From NCBI GenBank assembly GCA_964640195.1, contig CAZXIC010000001.1, forward strand, positions 8,544 to 72,543: a DNA stretch of 64,000 nucleotides, read 5' to 3'. The stretch comes from an uncultured archaeon (GTDB taxonomy: Archaea; Iainarchaeota; Iainarchaeia; Iainarchaeales; GCA-2688035). A program made the translations under genes and the position numbers. Below, one piece after another: positions 44,270-52,323 of the stretch (the stretch's first letter is position 1; every line of letters starts with the position of its first letter). A model generated the notes under the pieces. The model did not search any database and had not been told where the DNA came from. It saw only the letters and a list, made by a program, of their open reading frames with translations.

Positions 44270-45405
44270 AGTGTTTAATTCTCTACCCTTATCCCATGGA
44301 GCTTGACGGTGTCAGCATCCAGGGGGAAATGCTGTACAGGGGGCTGCGGAAAAACGGCGTGCGATGCACTGCCTGCGACAGGGAAGCTGACACGGAAAAG
44401 GAACTGATTTACAAAAGCTTCAAGCCGGATGTTGCAATTGGGGCAGGCTATTGGGGCGACACGCCTGCGATAATACAGCACCCGATGCACCACGGCGTAA
44501 CTCCTGTTCCCTGGCTGAACGCAGACGGCTGGGTTTCAAATTACCATGATGTGTTAAACAGCCTGCCTTTGATAATGGCAACAAGCAGCTGGGTGAAGCA
44601 GACTTATAACAGGGATGGCGTAACAAACAAGAACATCGAAGTCATGCCAATCGGCATTGACATGCAGGAAATGAGACCATTGCCAAAAAATGATAAGAGG
44701 GTTCTGAAAATCAGGGAAATGTTGCGAATAAAGCCAGGGCAGAAAATGGTTTTAACAGCCGGCGGCGACACGACAAGCAAGGGCTTCCAGGAGGTGCTTA
44801 AAGCGCTTGGAAAAATTGACAAAGAATTTGGCGACTGGGTTTACGTTGGAAAAAGCTGGGAGTACAGGGCACCCTACTACCACTACAAAGAGGAGCTGCA
44901 GATAATGAAAGAGCTTGGAATCAGGAAAAAAGTCAGGTTTTTAGGCGACCCCCTCTCAAGGGAAGCAATGTGCTGTTTGTTGAACGCATGCGATGTTTAC
45001 GCTGCACCAAGCAGGATTGACGGCTTTGGAATGATTCAGGTTGAAGCCCAGGCGTGCGGGAAGCCAGTTCTGGGCATCGAAAGCACTGGCACAAAAGACA
45101 CCGTGCTGCACAACCAAACAGGGTTTCTTGCAAGGGTTGCTGAGGAAGTCAAGCTCACAGAAGAGTGGGTCTACAAGTGGCAGGGCTTTAAGAAGAAGCA
45201 GAAGATAAAATTTGATGAACCGAAAACATTCGGCGTTAGAGCCAATGTTGACGATTTGGCTGAATACCTGCTAAAACTGCTGGCAGACGATTCCCTGAGG
45301 GAGAAAATGGGGCATAATGCAAGAGAACACGCCGTAAATAACTTTGAATACACCCTCATTGCAGGCAGGGTTAAAAACCTGGTTGAAAAAAAGCTTGGCT
45401 TGTAA
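44266..45405 (+). CDS. GT4-family (GT-B fold) glycosyltransferase
   Basis: 379 aa. The start overlaps the PIG-L stop (ATGA). C-terminal signature PSRIDGFGMIQVEAQACGKPVLG. Confidence 0.85.
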   Translation: MKCLILYPYPMELDGVSIQGEMLYRGLRKNGVRCTACDREADTEKELIYKSFKPDVAIGAGYWGDTPAIIQHPMHHGVTPVPWLNADGWVSNYHDVLNSLPLIMATSSWVKQTYNRDGVTNKNIEVMPIGIDMQEMRPLPKNDKRVLKIREMLRIKPGQKMVLTAGGDTTSKGFQEVLKALGKIDKEFGDWVYVGKSWEYRAPYYHYKEELQIMKELGIRKKVRFLGDPLSREAMCCLLNACDVYAAPSRIDGFGMIQVEAQACGKPVLGIESTGTKDTVLHNQTGFLARVAEEVKLTEEWVYKWQGFKKKQKIKFDEPKTFGVRANVDDLAEYLLKLLADDSLREKMGHNAREHAVNNFEYTLIAGRVKNLVEKKLGL

Positions 45406-45407
45406 AG

Positions 45408-46571
45408 CTATTTCTTTGCCTCAAGAACGCCAAGCAGGGGAACGCTTTTGTCCTGAACGCTTTTGTATGCAAACAAATATGCCCCTGCGCTCCAAGCGTG
45501 GTAAGCGCTTCCCATCGCTTTTCCTTTTATTGGGTGAATCCATTCGTTGAATTCCCATTGAAAGCGCCTTCCAAGGCTATTTGCCTTTGCAAGCTTAAGC
45601 AGCTCCTCGTCTGCCTTTGAGAACTGTTTGTCTGCTACAAGGGACGCAACGTAAAAGCCGCCGATGTAGGGCCATATTCCGCCGTTCAGATACCAGTGCG
45701 GTCTCGCTGCAAGGCTCTTGCTGAAGTAGTCGTGCCATTCCCCGCTGCCCTTCCTGATTGGGGGGTGAATTGCCTTCAGGGGAAAGGGCTCGTTTACCTT
45801 GTTTGCCTCAACGTAGTTCAGAATCTTCCTTGCGTTCCTCTTGTTGGCTAAGCCGAAGCAGATTGCAAGCACGTTGCCCAGACTGTCAAACCATTGCTCT
45901 CTCTCAACAATGCCGTTATGGTTCTTCCAAACCCAGGGATAGTAAAATCCTTCGCGGTTATTGAACATGGCAATTTTTGCCCTTGTAGTCCCTGTAACGA
46001 TTCTTCTGACATGCGCTGCGCTTTTCCTCCTGTGCCACAGCCTCAGTGCACTGTAATACAATGCCTGCGTGTTCAAAACATGACCGTACTTGTGTGGAAA
46101 GCAGTCCTGCCAGTCTGTTGTAGGCAGCTGGTCTGGCAAGCCGTCCTCGCCAAGGTCCTGGTAGCGCAGCCACAGAAAAGCCTTCTCAATTTCCTTTCCG
46201 TATTTCTCAACCAGGGCTTTGTCGCCGTAGTTTCTTGCATAAAACTGGTGCCCAATCAGGTACCACAGGGTTGAGTCAAGCGTTGCAAAAGTCACCTGCT
46301 TCGGCCTGCTCTTGTCGTACAGGTCAACGCAGTTTGCTATCTGGCCGAGCTTGCTTTGGTGCCTTGAAAGGGTCCGCAGCGTTGCGGCAAATGCTTTCTT
46401 GAATTCCTTTCTTTCATCCATGCAGCTTGTGCCGATTAAACCAATCATGCTGTCCCTTGCCCAGACGCTGTTATAGCCATGTGGACCGCCGCTTGCAAAA
46501 ACGCCGTGCTTTGTGCTGCACTTGCGCATTACAGCCTTTGCCTTTGCAACAGCCTTGTCAGCAAGCCCCAT
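45408..46571 (-). CDS. (alpha/alpha)6-barrel glycoside hydrolase, GDE_C/GH15-like (amylo-alpha-1,6-glucosidase-like)
   Basis: 387 aa. GYNSVWARDSMI, TTDWQD, YLNGGIWPYIGGFYV. Family-level call only. Confidence 0.55.
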   Translation of the reverse strand: MGLADKAVAKAKAVMRKCSTKHGVFASGGPHGYNSVWARDSMIGLIGTSCMDERKEFKKAFAATLRTLSRHQSKLGQIANCVDLYDKSRPKQVTFATLDSTLWYLIGHQFYARNYGDKALVEKYGKEIEKAFLWLRYQDLGEDGLPDQLPTTDWQDCFPHKYGHVLNTQALYYSALRLWHRRKSAAHVRRIVTGTTRAKIAMFNNREGFYYPWVWKNHNGIVEREQWFDSLGNVLAICFGLANKRNARKILNYVEANKVNEPFPLKAIHPPIRKGSGEWHDYFSKSLAARPHWYLNGGIWPYIGGFYVASLVADKQFSKADEELLKLAKANSLGRRFQWEFNEWIHPIKGKAMGSAYHAWSAGAYLFAYKSVQDKSVPLLGVLEAKK

Positions 46572-46632
46572 GGTTGAGGAATAATTAGGTTAAACCCCTA
46601 TTTAAAATTATTATTCCCAACAACCATTACTT

Positions 46633-47364
46633 ATGAGGGAAAACGAGCTATTGCCGGGAATTTTTGCATTGGATCTCGGACTGTGGGCTGCTGAGGACAA
46701 AGCACTCGTCATAGCAGACCTGCACCTGGGCATTGAGGAGATGTACAACAGGCAGGGCATTCTATTGCCGAGGCACAATTTTGCTGACATCAAAAAGCGG
46801 CTTGAAAGGAAAATCTTCCCAAAAGCAAAGCCGGCTGTTATTGTAATAAACGGCGACCTGAAGCACGAGTTTGGCTCTATTTCTGAGCAGGAATGGCAGG
46901 AGGTCACCGGCATGCTCAGGCTTCTGCAGCGCAAATGCAAAAAGATTGTTTTAGTGAGGGGCAACCATGATAAGATTCTCGGGCCGATTGCGAAATGGGA
47001 GGGCATTGAAATAAAGGATGGGGGGGTTTTGCTGCCGAAGTCTGGTGTTTTCGTAACGCACGGTGAACTGATTCCGAAAAGCGGGCTGTTCAGGCAGGCC
47101 CACACTGTCGTAATCGGACACGAGCACCCTGCTGTAACAATCAAGGAGCAGTACAAGCACGAGCAGTTCAAGTGCTTTTTGGTTGGTAGGTTCAAGTTAA
47201 AGCGCCTGATTGTGCAGCCGAGCATGAGCGCTGTCAGCCTCGGCACAGATGTTTTGGAAGAAGGGACATTGAGCCCTTTCCTGAAAGAGGGCATGGAAAA
47301 ATTCAAGGTGTACGCAGTGGCAGACAAAGTCTACAGCTTTGGCGAATTGCGGGAACTTGAGTGA
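46633..47364 (+). CDS. calcineurin-like metallophosphoesterase (archaeal COG1407/MJ0037-like)
   Basis: 243 aa. Motifs: VIADLHLG, VINGDLKHEF, VRGNHD, VTHGE, IGHEHP. Confidence 0.75.
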   Translation: MRENELLPGIFALDLGLWAAEDKALVIADLHLGIEEMYNRQGILLPRHNFADIKKRLERKIFPKAKPAVIVINGDLKHEFGSISEQEWQEVTGMLRLLQRKCKKIVLVRGNHDKILGPIAKWEGIEIKDGGVLLPKSGVFVTHGELIPKSGLFRQAHTVVIGHEHPAVTIKEQYKHEQFKCFLVGRFKLKRLIVQPSMSAVSLGTDVLEEGTLSPFLKEGMEKFKVYAVADKVYSFGELRELE

Positions 47365-47480
47365 AGATTTTGGCAGCGAAGCCGCCGTGCGAGTCGTGGA
47401 ATTGCCTCCAAACCGTTTTTGAAAAAGGGAAAAGGCTTTTATAGGGTGTTCAATTAATTTTATTTGAAAGGAAAAACTTT

Positions 47481-47620
47481 GGGGCCGTAGTATAGCTTGG
47501 TTTAGTATTCTGGCTTCGGGAAACTTTTTCTTTTAGAAAAAGAAAAAGTTTATTAAAAGAAAAGGAAAAGAAAAGGGTTCGGAAAAGTCAGCGACGGGGG
47601 TTCAAATCCTCCCGGCCCCA
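47481..47620 (+). tRNA. tRNA-Pro (anticodon CGG) with a 65-nt intron at 37/38; no encoded CCA
   Basis: Hand-folded. Acceptor GGGGCCG/CGGCCCC (7 bp). D arm GUAU-AGCUUGGUUUA-GUAU. Anticodon stem CUGGC/GUCAG with loop UUCGGG|A. T arm GGGGG-UUCAAAU-CCUCC. Discriminator A. Exon 1 47481..47520, intron 47521..47585, exon 2 47586..47620. Confidence 0.85.
47521..47585 (+). other. tRNA intron
   Basis: A/U-rich. Begins with a perfect 14-bp hairpin (AAACUUUUUCUUUU-AGA-AAAAGAAAAAGUUU, 47521..47551). Its 3' end, GGGUUCGGAAA, nearly duplicates the exon anticodon-loop sequence GGCUUCGGGAAA. Confidence 0.7.
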
Positions 47621-47723
47621 AAGGATTTGGCTTTTTCCCCAGGCTTTTTTCCCGTAGGAAAAAAGGCTGTCCCCAAAAACTTTTTAAATTAGTCAGCATC
47701 TAATCATTTAGTTTGGTTTTCTG

Positions 47724-49430
47724 GTGGGACCGGTGCAGGGCGAGGAAATCCTGAAGAAGGTTATTGCTACTTCTGGCGATGAGTTCTACACCCCGCTGCC
47801 GAAGGGCTACAAGCCTGGGAAAACCAAGTATGTCGTTGTTACAGGCAGCGTTATAAGCGGCGTCGGGAAGGGGACGATTTCAAGCAGCCTGTGCAGGCTG
47901 CTGCAGGACAGGGGCTTGAATGTTGAGCCCATAAAGCTTGAGGCATACCTGAATGTTGATGCAGGCACCCTGAACCCTTTCAGGCACGGTGAAGTCTTTG
48001 TGCTTGACGATGGATATGAAACCGATTTGGACCTTGGAACCTATGAGAGGGCATTGGACAAGAACCTAGGGTCCGACAACTTTGTCACCAGCGGAAAAAT
48101 CTACGCAAGGATAATTGAGAAAGAGAGGGCAGGCAGGTACCTTGGGAGAGACGTGCAGTTCATCCCGCACGTGACGGGGGAGATAAAGAAGGTTCTAAGA
48201 GACTTGGCTGTGAAAACAAGGGCTGACGTGATTGTGATTGAGATTGGCGGCACAGTAGGCGACTATGAGAACATGTTTGCTTTGGAAGCCTTGAGGGAAC
48301 TGCATTACGAGGAGGGGCATGAAAACGTCTGCTTCATTAACATAACTTACATCCTGCAGCCTAGGACCCTTGGCGAGCAGAAGAGCAAGGCAGCGCAGCT
48401 TGGGATAAAGAGGCTGATTGAGCTGGGCATCCAGCCTGACATAATAGTGTGCAGAAGCGGCTCAAAGCTGCAGGAGAGCATTAAGAAAAAAATCAGCCTT
48501 AACGTGAACGTCCCGTTTGAAATGGTTTTCGGCGTGAGTGATGTGAGCAACATCTATAGCCTGCCCTTGTCGCTCAGGAAGCTTTCTTTTGATGAGGCAG
48601 TATTAAGGTGCATAGGGCTGGAGAAGCGCTTTAAGGGAAACGGCAACAAGGCTCTGAGGGAGTGGAGCAGGAAAACTAGCGCACATGGCAGGGCAAAACC
48701 TGCTATTGTTGGAATCGCGGGGAAATACACCGGCAGCATGGACACCTATATCAGCATCCTGAAAGCGCTGGAGCACTGTAGCTTCAAACTGAACAGGAGG
48801 GTGAAGGTCAAGTGGATTGACACAACTGATTTGAACAGTGATGAGAAGGTTAAGGCTGCCCTCAAGGGCGTTGATGGAGTGATAGTGCCAGGCGGCTTTG
48901 GAATCAGGGGAATTGGGGGCAAGATCAGGGTTGCAAAGCACTGCAGGCTACGCAACATCCCCTACCTTGGCTTGTGCCTTGGCTTCCAGGTTGCCCTGAT
49001 TGAAATCGCAAGGAACGTCTGCAAGCTGAAGGGGGCAGACAGCACTGAGTTCAACCCCAAGGCAAAACACCCAGTGATTGACATCCTGCCTGAGCAAAAA
49101 AAGATTGAGGGCTTGGGCGGAAACATGCGCTTGGGCGGGCATGAGGTTGAACTGAAGCCTGGCACGATTGCAGCGAAACTGCACGCTAACGCGAAGAAAA
49201 TCAGGAGAAGATTCAGGCACAGGTTTGAGTGCAATCCGGAATACATTGAGCAGTTTGAGAAAGCAGGCGTTGTTTTTTCAGGCAAGGCGCCGGGCATGCC
49301 TATAATGCAGATTCTGGAGATGCCAAAGCGCAAATATTTTATTGCTACGCAATATCACCCTGAATTCACAAGCAGGCCACTGCATCCTGACGAGCTGTTT
49401 CTGGAATTTGTGAAAAAGTGCGCGGGATAG
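47724..49430 (+). CDS. pyrG: CTP synthase
   Basis: 568 aa with a GTG start. Motifs: KYVVVTGSVISGVGKG, EVFVLDDGYETDLDLGTYER, GGTVGDYE, the GATase triad region LGLCLGFQ, and YHPEF. About 35 residues precede the canonical KY(I/V)xVTGG N-terminus. Confidence 0.92.
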   Translation: MGPVQGEEILKKVIATSGDEFYTPLPKGYKPGKTKYVVVTGSVISGVGKGTISSSLCRLLQDRGLNVEPIKLEAYLNVDAGTLNPFRHGEVFVLDDGYETDLDLGTYERALDKNLGSDNFVTSGKIYARIIEKERAGRYLGRDVQFIPHVTGEIKKVLRDLAVKTRADVIVIEIGGTVGDYENMFALEALRELHYEEGHENVCFINITYILQPRTLGEQKSKAAQLGIKRLIELGIQPDIIVCRSGSKLQESIKKKISLNVNVPFEMVFGVSDVSNIYSLPLSLRKLSFDEAVLRCIGLEKRFKGNGNKALREWSRKTSAHGRAKPAIVGIAGKYTGSMDTYISILKALEHCSFKLNRRVKVKWIDTTDLNSDEKVKAALKGVDGVIVPGGFGIRGIGGKIRVAKHCRLRNIPYLGLCLGFQVALIEIARNVCKLKGADSTEFNPKAKHPVIDILPEQKKIEGLGGNMRLGGHEVELKPGTIAAKLHANAKKIRRRFRHRFECNPEYIEQFEKAGVVFSGKAPGMPIMQILEMPKRKYFIATQYHPEFTSRPLHPDELFLEFVKKCAG

Positions 49431-49432
49431 CC

Positions 49433-49609
49433 TTACTTTATTTTCTCTGCTTCTTCAACCAGCATTATCGGAATGCCGTCTTCAATCCTGTAAGCCAGCG
49501 CGCACTTTTTGCAGATTAGCTTCTGTTTTTCCTTTTTGTACTCCAAGCTGCCCCTGCACTGCGGGCAGGCTAGCACTGCAAGCAGCCTCTTGTCAAGTTC
49601 TTTTTCCAT
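49433..49609 (-). CDS. Trm112/UPF0434-family zinc-ribbon protein
   Basis: Track ORF trimmed to the ATG at 49609, which is preceded by AGGTG. MEKELDKRLLAVLACPQCRGSLEYKKEKQKLICKKCALAYRIEDGIPIMLVEEA. Confidence 0.7.
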   Translation of the reverse strand: MEKELDKRLLAVLACPQCRGSLEYKKEKQKLICKKCALAYRIEDGIPIMLVEEAEKIK

Positions 49610-49647
49610 GGTACACACCTTTAGTAAAAAAGCAATAAAATAATTTA

Positions 49648-50211
49648 TTAGTAACTGCCATCAAGGATTTTCTGCGACTCCAGCCTGATTCTGCCTATTC
49701 CCAAAAACCTTTTCCTTTTTGTTCCGTAAATATCCCCCTTCCGATCAACTATCACATACCGATGTGTCTTAAGGAGACCCATTAATTTTTCATTTTTTTG
49801 TGCTTCCTTTGCCAATCCTTTTGCAACCAAGTGATTTGCTTCCTTAATTATTGGGGCATGCTGTAGGTAGGTTACACGAACAAGCATTGGTACTGCCGCA
49901 AGAAATCCAAAACCCGCTATCAATGCAACCCCTTTTCTGAAGATGGGGTCATTAATAGCCTGCTTATATTCAACAGCGCTCCCGACTATGCCGGCACCAA
50001 CAGCTGCTATGCCAGCAGCCACTGTATTTGAAACTGCTTTCCTTGTTCTTTTTCTTCTTTTGTCCAATAGCCGGTTTAGGGGGGTTCTGGCAGACAAATC
50101 AACTTCAAAAGCGCCAACTTTTTTGGATTTTGATTTACTGCGCATAATTAAACAATTGCGTCCAAACATTATAAATCTTACACATTTAGAATCTTCAGCT
50201 GCCAGCGACAA
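49648..50211 (-). CDS. hypothetical membrane protein
   Basis: 187 aa. Basic N-terminus and two central hydrophobic helices (AAGIAAVGAGIVGSAV, ALIAGFGFLAAVPMLV). Start uncertain. Confidence 0.35.
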   Translation of the reverse strand: MSLAAEDSKCVRFIMFGRNCLIMRSKSKSKKVGAFEVDLSARTPLNRLLDKRRKRTRKAVSNTVAAGIAAVGAGIVGSAVEYKQAINDPIFRKGVALIAGFGFLAAVPMLVRVTYLQHAPIIKEANHLVAKGLAKEAQKNEKLMGLLKTHRYVIVDRKGDIYGTKRKRFLGIGRIRLESQKILDGSY

Positions 50212-50317
50212 GAATCACATTTTACCCCCACACACACATCAAAAACAGTTAGAAAAATGCCTTTGAAAACCAATTTCTAATTAAATGTTTTCCTTTTCTA
50301 TTACTTGGGTGGCATGA

Positions 50318-51469
50318 ATGCCTGTCGAGAGGGTTAAGGCTGCTGGCAAGACTATAATCCTTGTTCCTACAGCGCATGTGAGCAGGCAGTCAGTGCAGCT
50401 CGTAAGGGAGGCTATTGAAAGGGAGAAGCCTGATGTGGTTGGCGTTGAACTGGACAGGCAGAGGCTCGGGCAGCTGCTCAGCGGCAGGAAATGGCAGGAG
50501 ATGCAGCTTGACAGAATCATAAAGGAGGGCAAGACCCAGCTTTTCCTAATCAACCTGCTGCTCGCAAACTTCCAGAGGAGGATTGGCGAAGATTTGGGAA
50601 TAAAGCCCGGCAGCGAAATGCTGCAGGCTGTCAGGGCAGCTGGTGAAAAAGGCACCCCTGTAATGTTGCTTGACAGGGATGTGCGGATAACGCTGAAAAG
50701 GGCATTGAACAGGATGAGCTTGCTGGAGAAGGCAAAGCTCGGCTACGGCATCCTGAGCGGCTTTTTCCAAACAGGGAAGAAGCTGGACGGAAAAACAATT
50801 GAACAGCTGAAGGAAAAGGACACCCTGAACGCGCTGCTGCAGCAGCTGGCAAAAGAGATGCCGAACGTGAAAAGCGTTCTTGTAGATGAAAGAGACAAAT
50901 TCATTGCAAATAGGATACTGCAGGCAGAAGCGAAGAAGGTTGTTGCCGTTATTGGCGCGGGGCATGTGCAGGGCGTGAAACGGTTCCTGGACAAGCCAAG
51001 GGACGTAAGCAGCCTCCTAAGGGTTGAGGAGAGAAAAAGCAGGCTGCGGTACCTGAAGTTTCTGGTTCCAGTGCTGTTCGTTTTGCTGCTCGGCTATGGC
51101 TTCTATACAAAAGGCATTGCAATTGCGTTGAACATCTTCCTAATCTGGTTTCTGGTAAATGGTGCCCTCTCAGCGCTGGGGGCAGCGCTTGCAAGGGCAC
51201 ACCCGCTTTCAATCGCTGCAGCATTCTTTGCCGCTCCCTTCACTTCGCTGCATCCAGCACTTGCTGCCGGCTGGTTCGCTGGATTGGCTGAGTTGCGCGT
51301 TCGCTCCCCAAAGGTAAAGGACTTCGAGCAGCTGCCAGAGCTGAACAGCCTGAGGCAATTCAGCCAAAACAGGGTTTCAAGGGTTTTAATGGTTACAGCG
51401 TTTGCAAACATCGGCTCTACAATAGGCACCGTGCTTGCGCTGCCTTACATTGCTGCGCTGCTTGCGTGA
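50318..51469 (+). CDS. TraB/PrgY/GumN-family protein
   Basis: 383 aa. TIILVPTAHVSRQSVQLVREAIEREKPDVVGVELD, VIGAGHVQGV, and a C-terminal TM region. Confidence 0.8.
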   Translation: MPVERVKAAGKTIILVPTAHVSRQSVQLVREAIEREKPDVVGVELDRQRLGQLLSGRKWQEMQLDRIIKEGKTQLFLINLLLANFQRRIGEDLGIKPGSEMLQAVRAAGEKGTPVMLLDRDVRITLKRALNRMSLLEKAKLGYGILSGFFQTGKKLDGKTIEQLKEKDTLNALLQQLAKEMPNVKSVLVDERDKFIANRILQAEAKKVVAVIGAGHVQGVKRFLDKPRDVSSLLRVEERKSRLRYLKFLVPVLFVLLLGYGFYTKGIAIALNIFLIWFLVNGALSALGAALARAHPLSIAAAFFAAPFTSLHPALAAGWFAGLAELRVRSPKVKDFEQLPELNSLRQFSQNRVSRVLMVTAFANIGSTIGTVLALPYIAALLA

Positions 51470-51474
51470 AAACC

Positions 51475-51798
51475 TCATTCAACTTTGATGCCTGGCTGCA
51501 CAGCGGCATCAATTGTCACAACCCTGTATTTGCCTTCACTGTCCTTTGCTGCCAGCAGCATTGCCTGGCTTTCAACGCCGGCAATTGTTACAGGCTCAGG
51601 GTTTGACACCACAACAATGTTTTTTCCACGCAGTTCCTCCTTGCTGTAATGCCCTTTCAGCCCTGCAACTATCTGCCTTTTTTCGCTGCCCAGGTCAATC
51701 TGCACTTTGTACAGCTTGTCCTTTCCAACTATGTCCTCAACTGAAAGGACTTTTGCAATCCGCAGCTCCAATTTCCGCCATTCCTGGAATGAAACCAT
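51475..51798 (-). CDS. stand-alone tRNA-binding domain protein (Trbp111/CsaA/EMAP-like OB fold)
   Basis: 107 aa. LRIAKVLSVEDIVGKDKLYKVQIDLGSEKRQIVAGLKGHYSKEELRGKNIVVVSNPEPVTIAGVESQAMLLAA. Confidence 0.8.
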   Translation of the reverse strand: MVSFQEWRKLELRIAKVLSVEDIVGKDKLYKVQIDLGSEKRQIVAGLKGHYSKEELRGKNIVVVSNPEPVTIAGVESQAMLLAAKDSEGKYRVVTIDAAVQPGIKVE

Positions 51799-51846
51799 CT
51801 CTGCTGCCTCCTTGCTAGAAAAAATGGGCTGCGTTTGTTTTTAAAA

Positions 51847-52248
51847 TCAACGGGTTATATCTGAAACTTCACTGTCCTCATTCGCTTCCTTTATCTCCCT
51901 GGGGCTTATCGCAAGGGTTTTCTCCTCGCCTACAAGGCACCTGACCTCTTCTGCAGCAAACACCTTCCCGTCAATCAAAACCTTCACCCCGTAGATTGAA
52001 ATCGGCGGCATGAATTCACAACTGTAGCCTGTGACCTCCTCTGCTTCCCCTTTTGCAGCCTTTTCCAGGTTGCCCCCTCCAAGTACTGCCTTCGCTTTCC
52101 CCAAATCAAGCACGTCTTTTGCAAAGTGAATTAGGAGCGCAAAGCCCCTGTCTGATGAGAACAGCTCGCACTTAATCAGCGAACCCTTTGCAGCATAAGG
52201 CAGAATCCTTGCCTGCAGCTTATTCGCTTCAATGAAGTCTTCAAGCAT
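51847..52248 (-). CDS. YbaK/ProX-like aminoacyl-tRNA trans-editing domain protein (putative)
   Basis: 133 aa. ...EEVTGYSCEFMPPISIYGVKVLIDGKV...LVGEEKTLAISPREI follows the YbaK-family layout. Confidence 0.5.
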   Translation of the reverse strand: MLEDFIEANKLQARILPYAAKGSLIKCELFSSDRGFALLIHFAKDVLDLGKAKAVLGGGNLEKAAKGEAEEVTGYSCEFMPPISIYGVKVLIDGKVFAAEEVRCLVGEEKTLAISPREIKEANEDSEVSDITR

Positions 52249-52323
52249 TGCAAAACTTCACTTGACAGACTATATAAAAGAGAAAAACAAATAAAAAAGA
52301 AACAGGAAAAAGAGGCAGCTGTT

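Noticed and set aside
46611-47327. 238-aa minus-strand ORF antisense to the metallophosphoesterase gene
   Set aside because: The plus-strand product has all the calcineurin-like motifs (DxH, GD, GNHD, H, GHxH). The minus-strand product is low-complexity. Shadow ORF.
47365-47723. Integrated mobile element using tRNA-Pro as an attachment site
   Set aside because: There is no integrase or recombinase nearby, and no direct repeat of the tRNA 3' end was seen downstream. The flanking genes (metallophosphoesterase, pyrG) are ordinary chromosomal genes.
47724-47830. N-terminal extension of CTP synthase (about 35 aa) as a possible mis-annotated start or extra domain
   Set aside because: No in-frame ATG/GTG/TTG exists between the GTG at 47724 and the conserved KYVVVTGS block, so the extension is probably real. 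It is short and featureless, so it is not reported as a finding.
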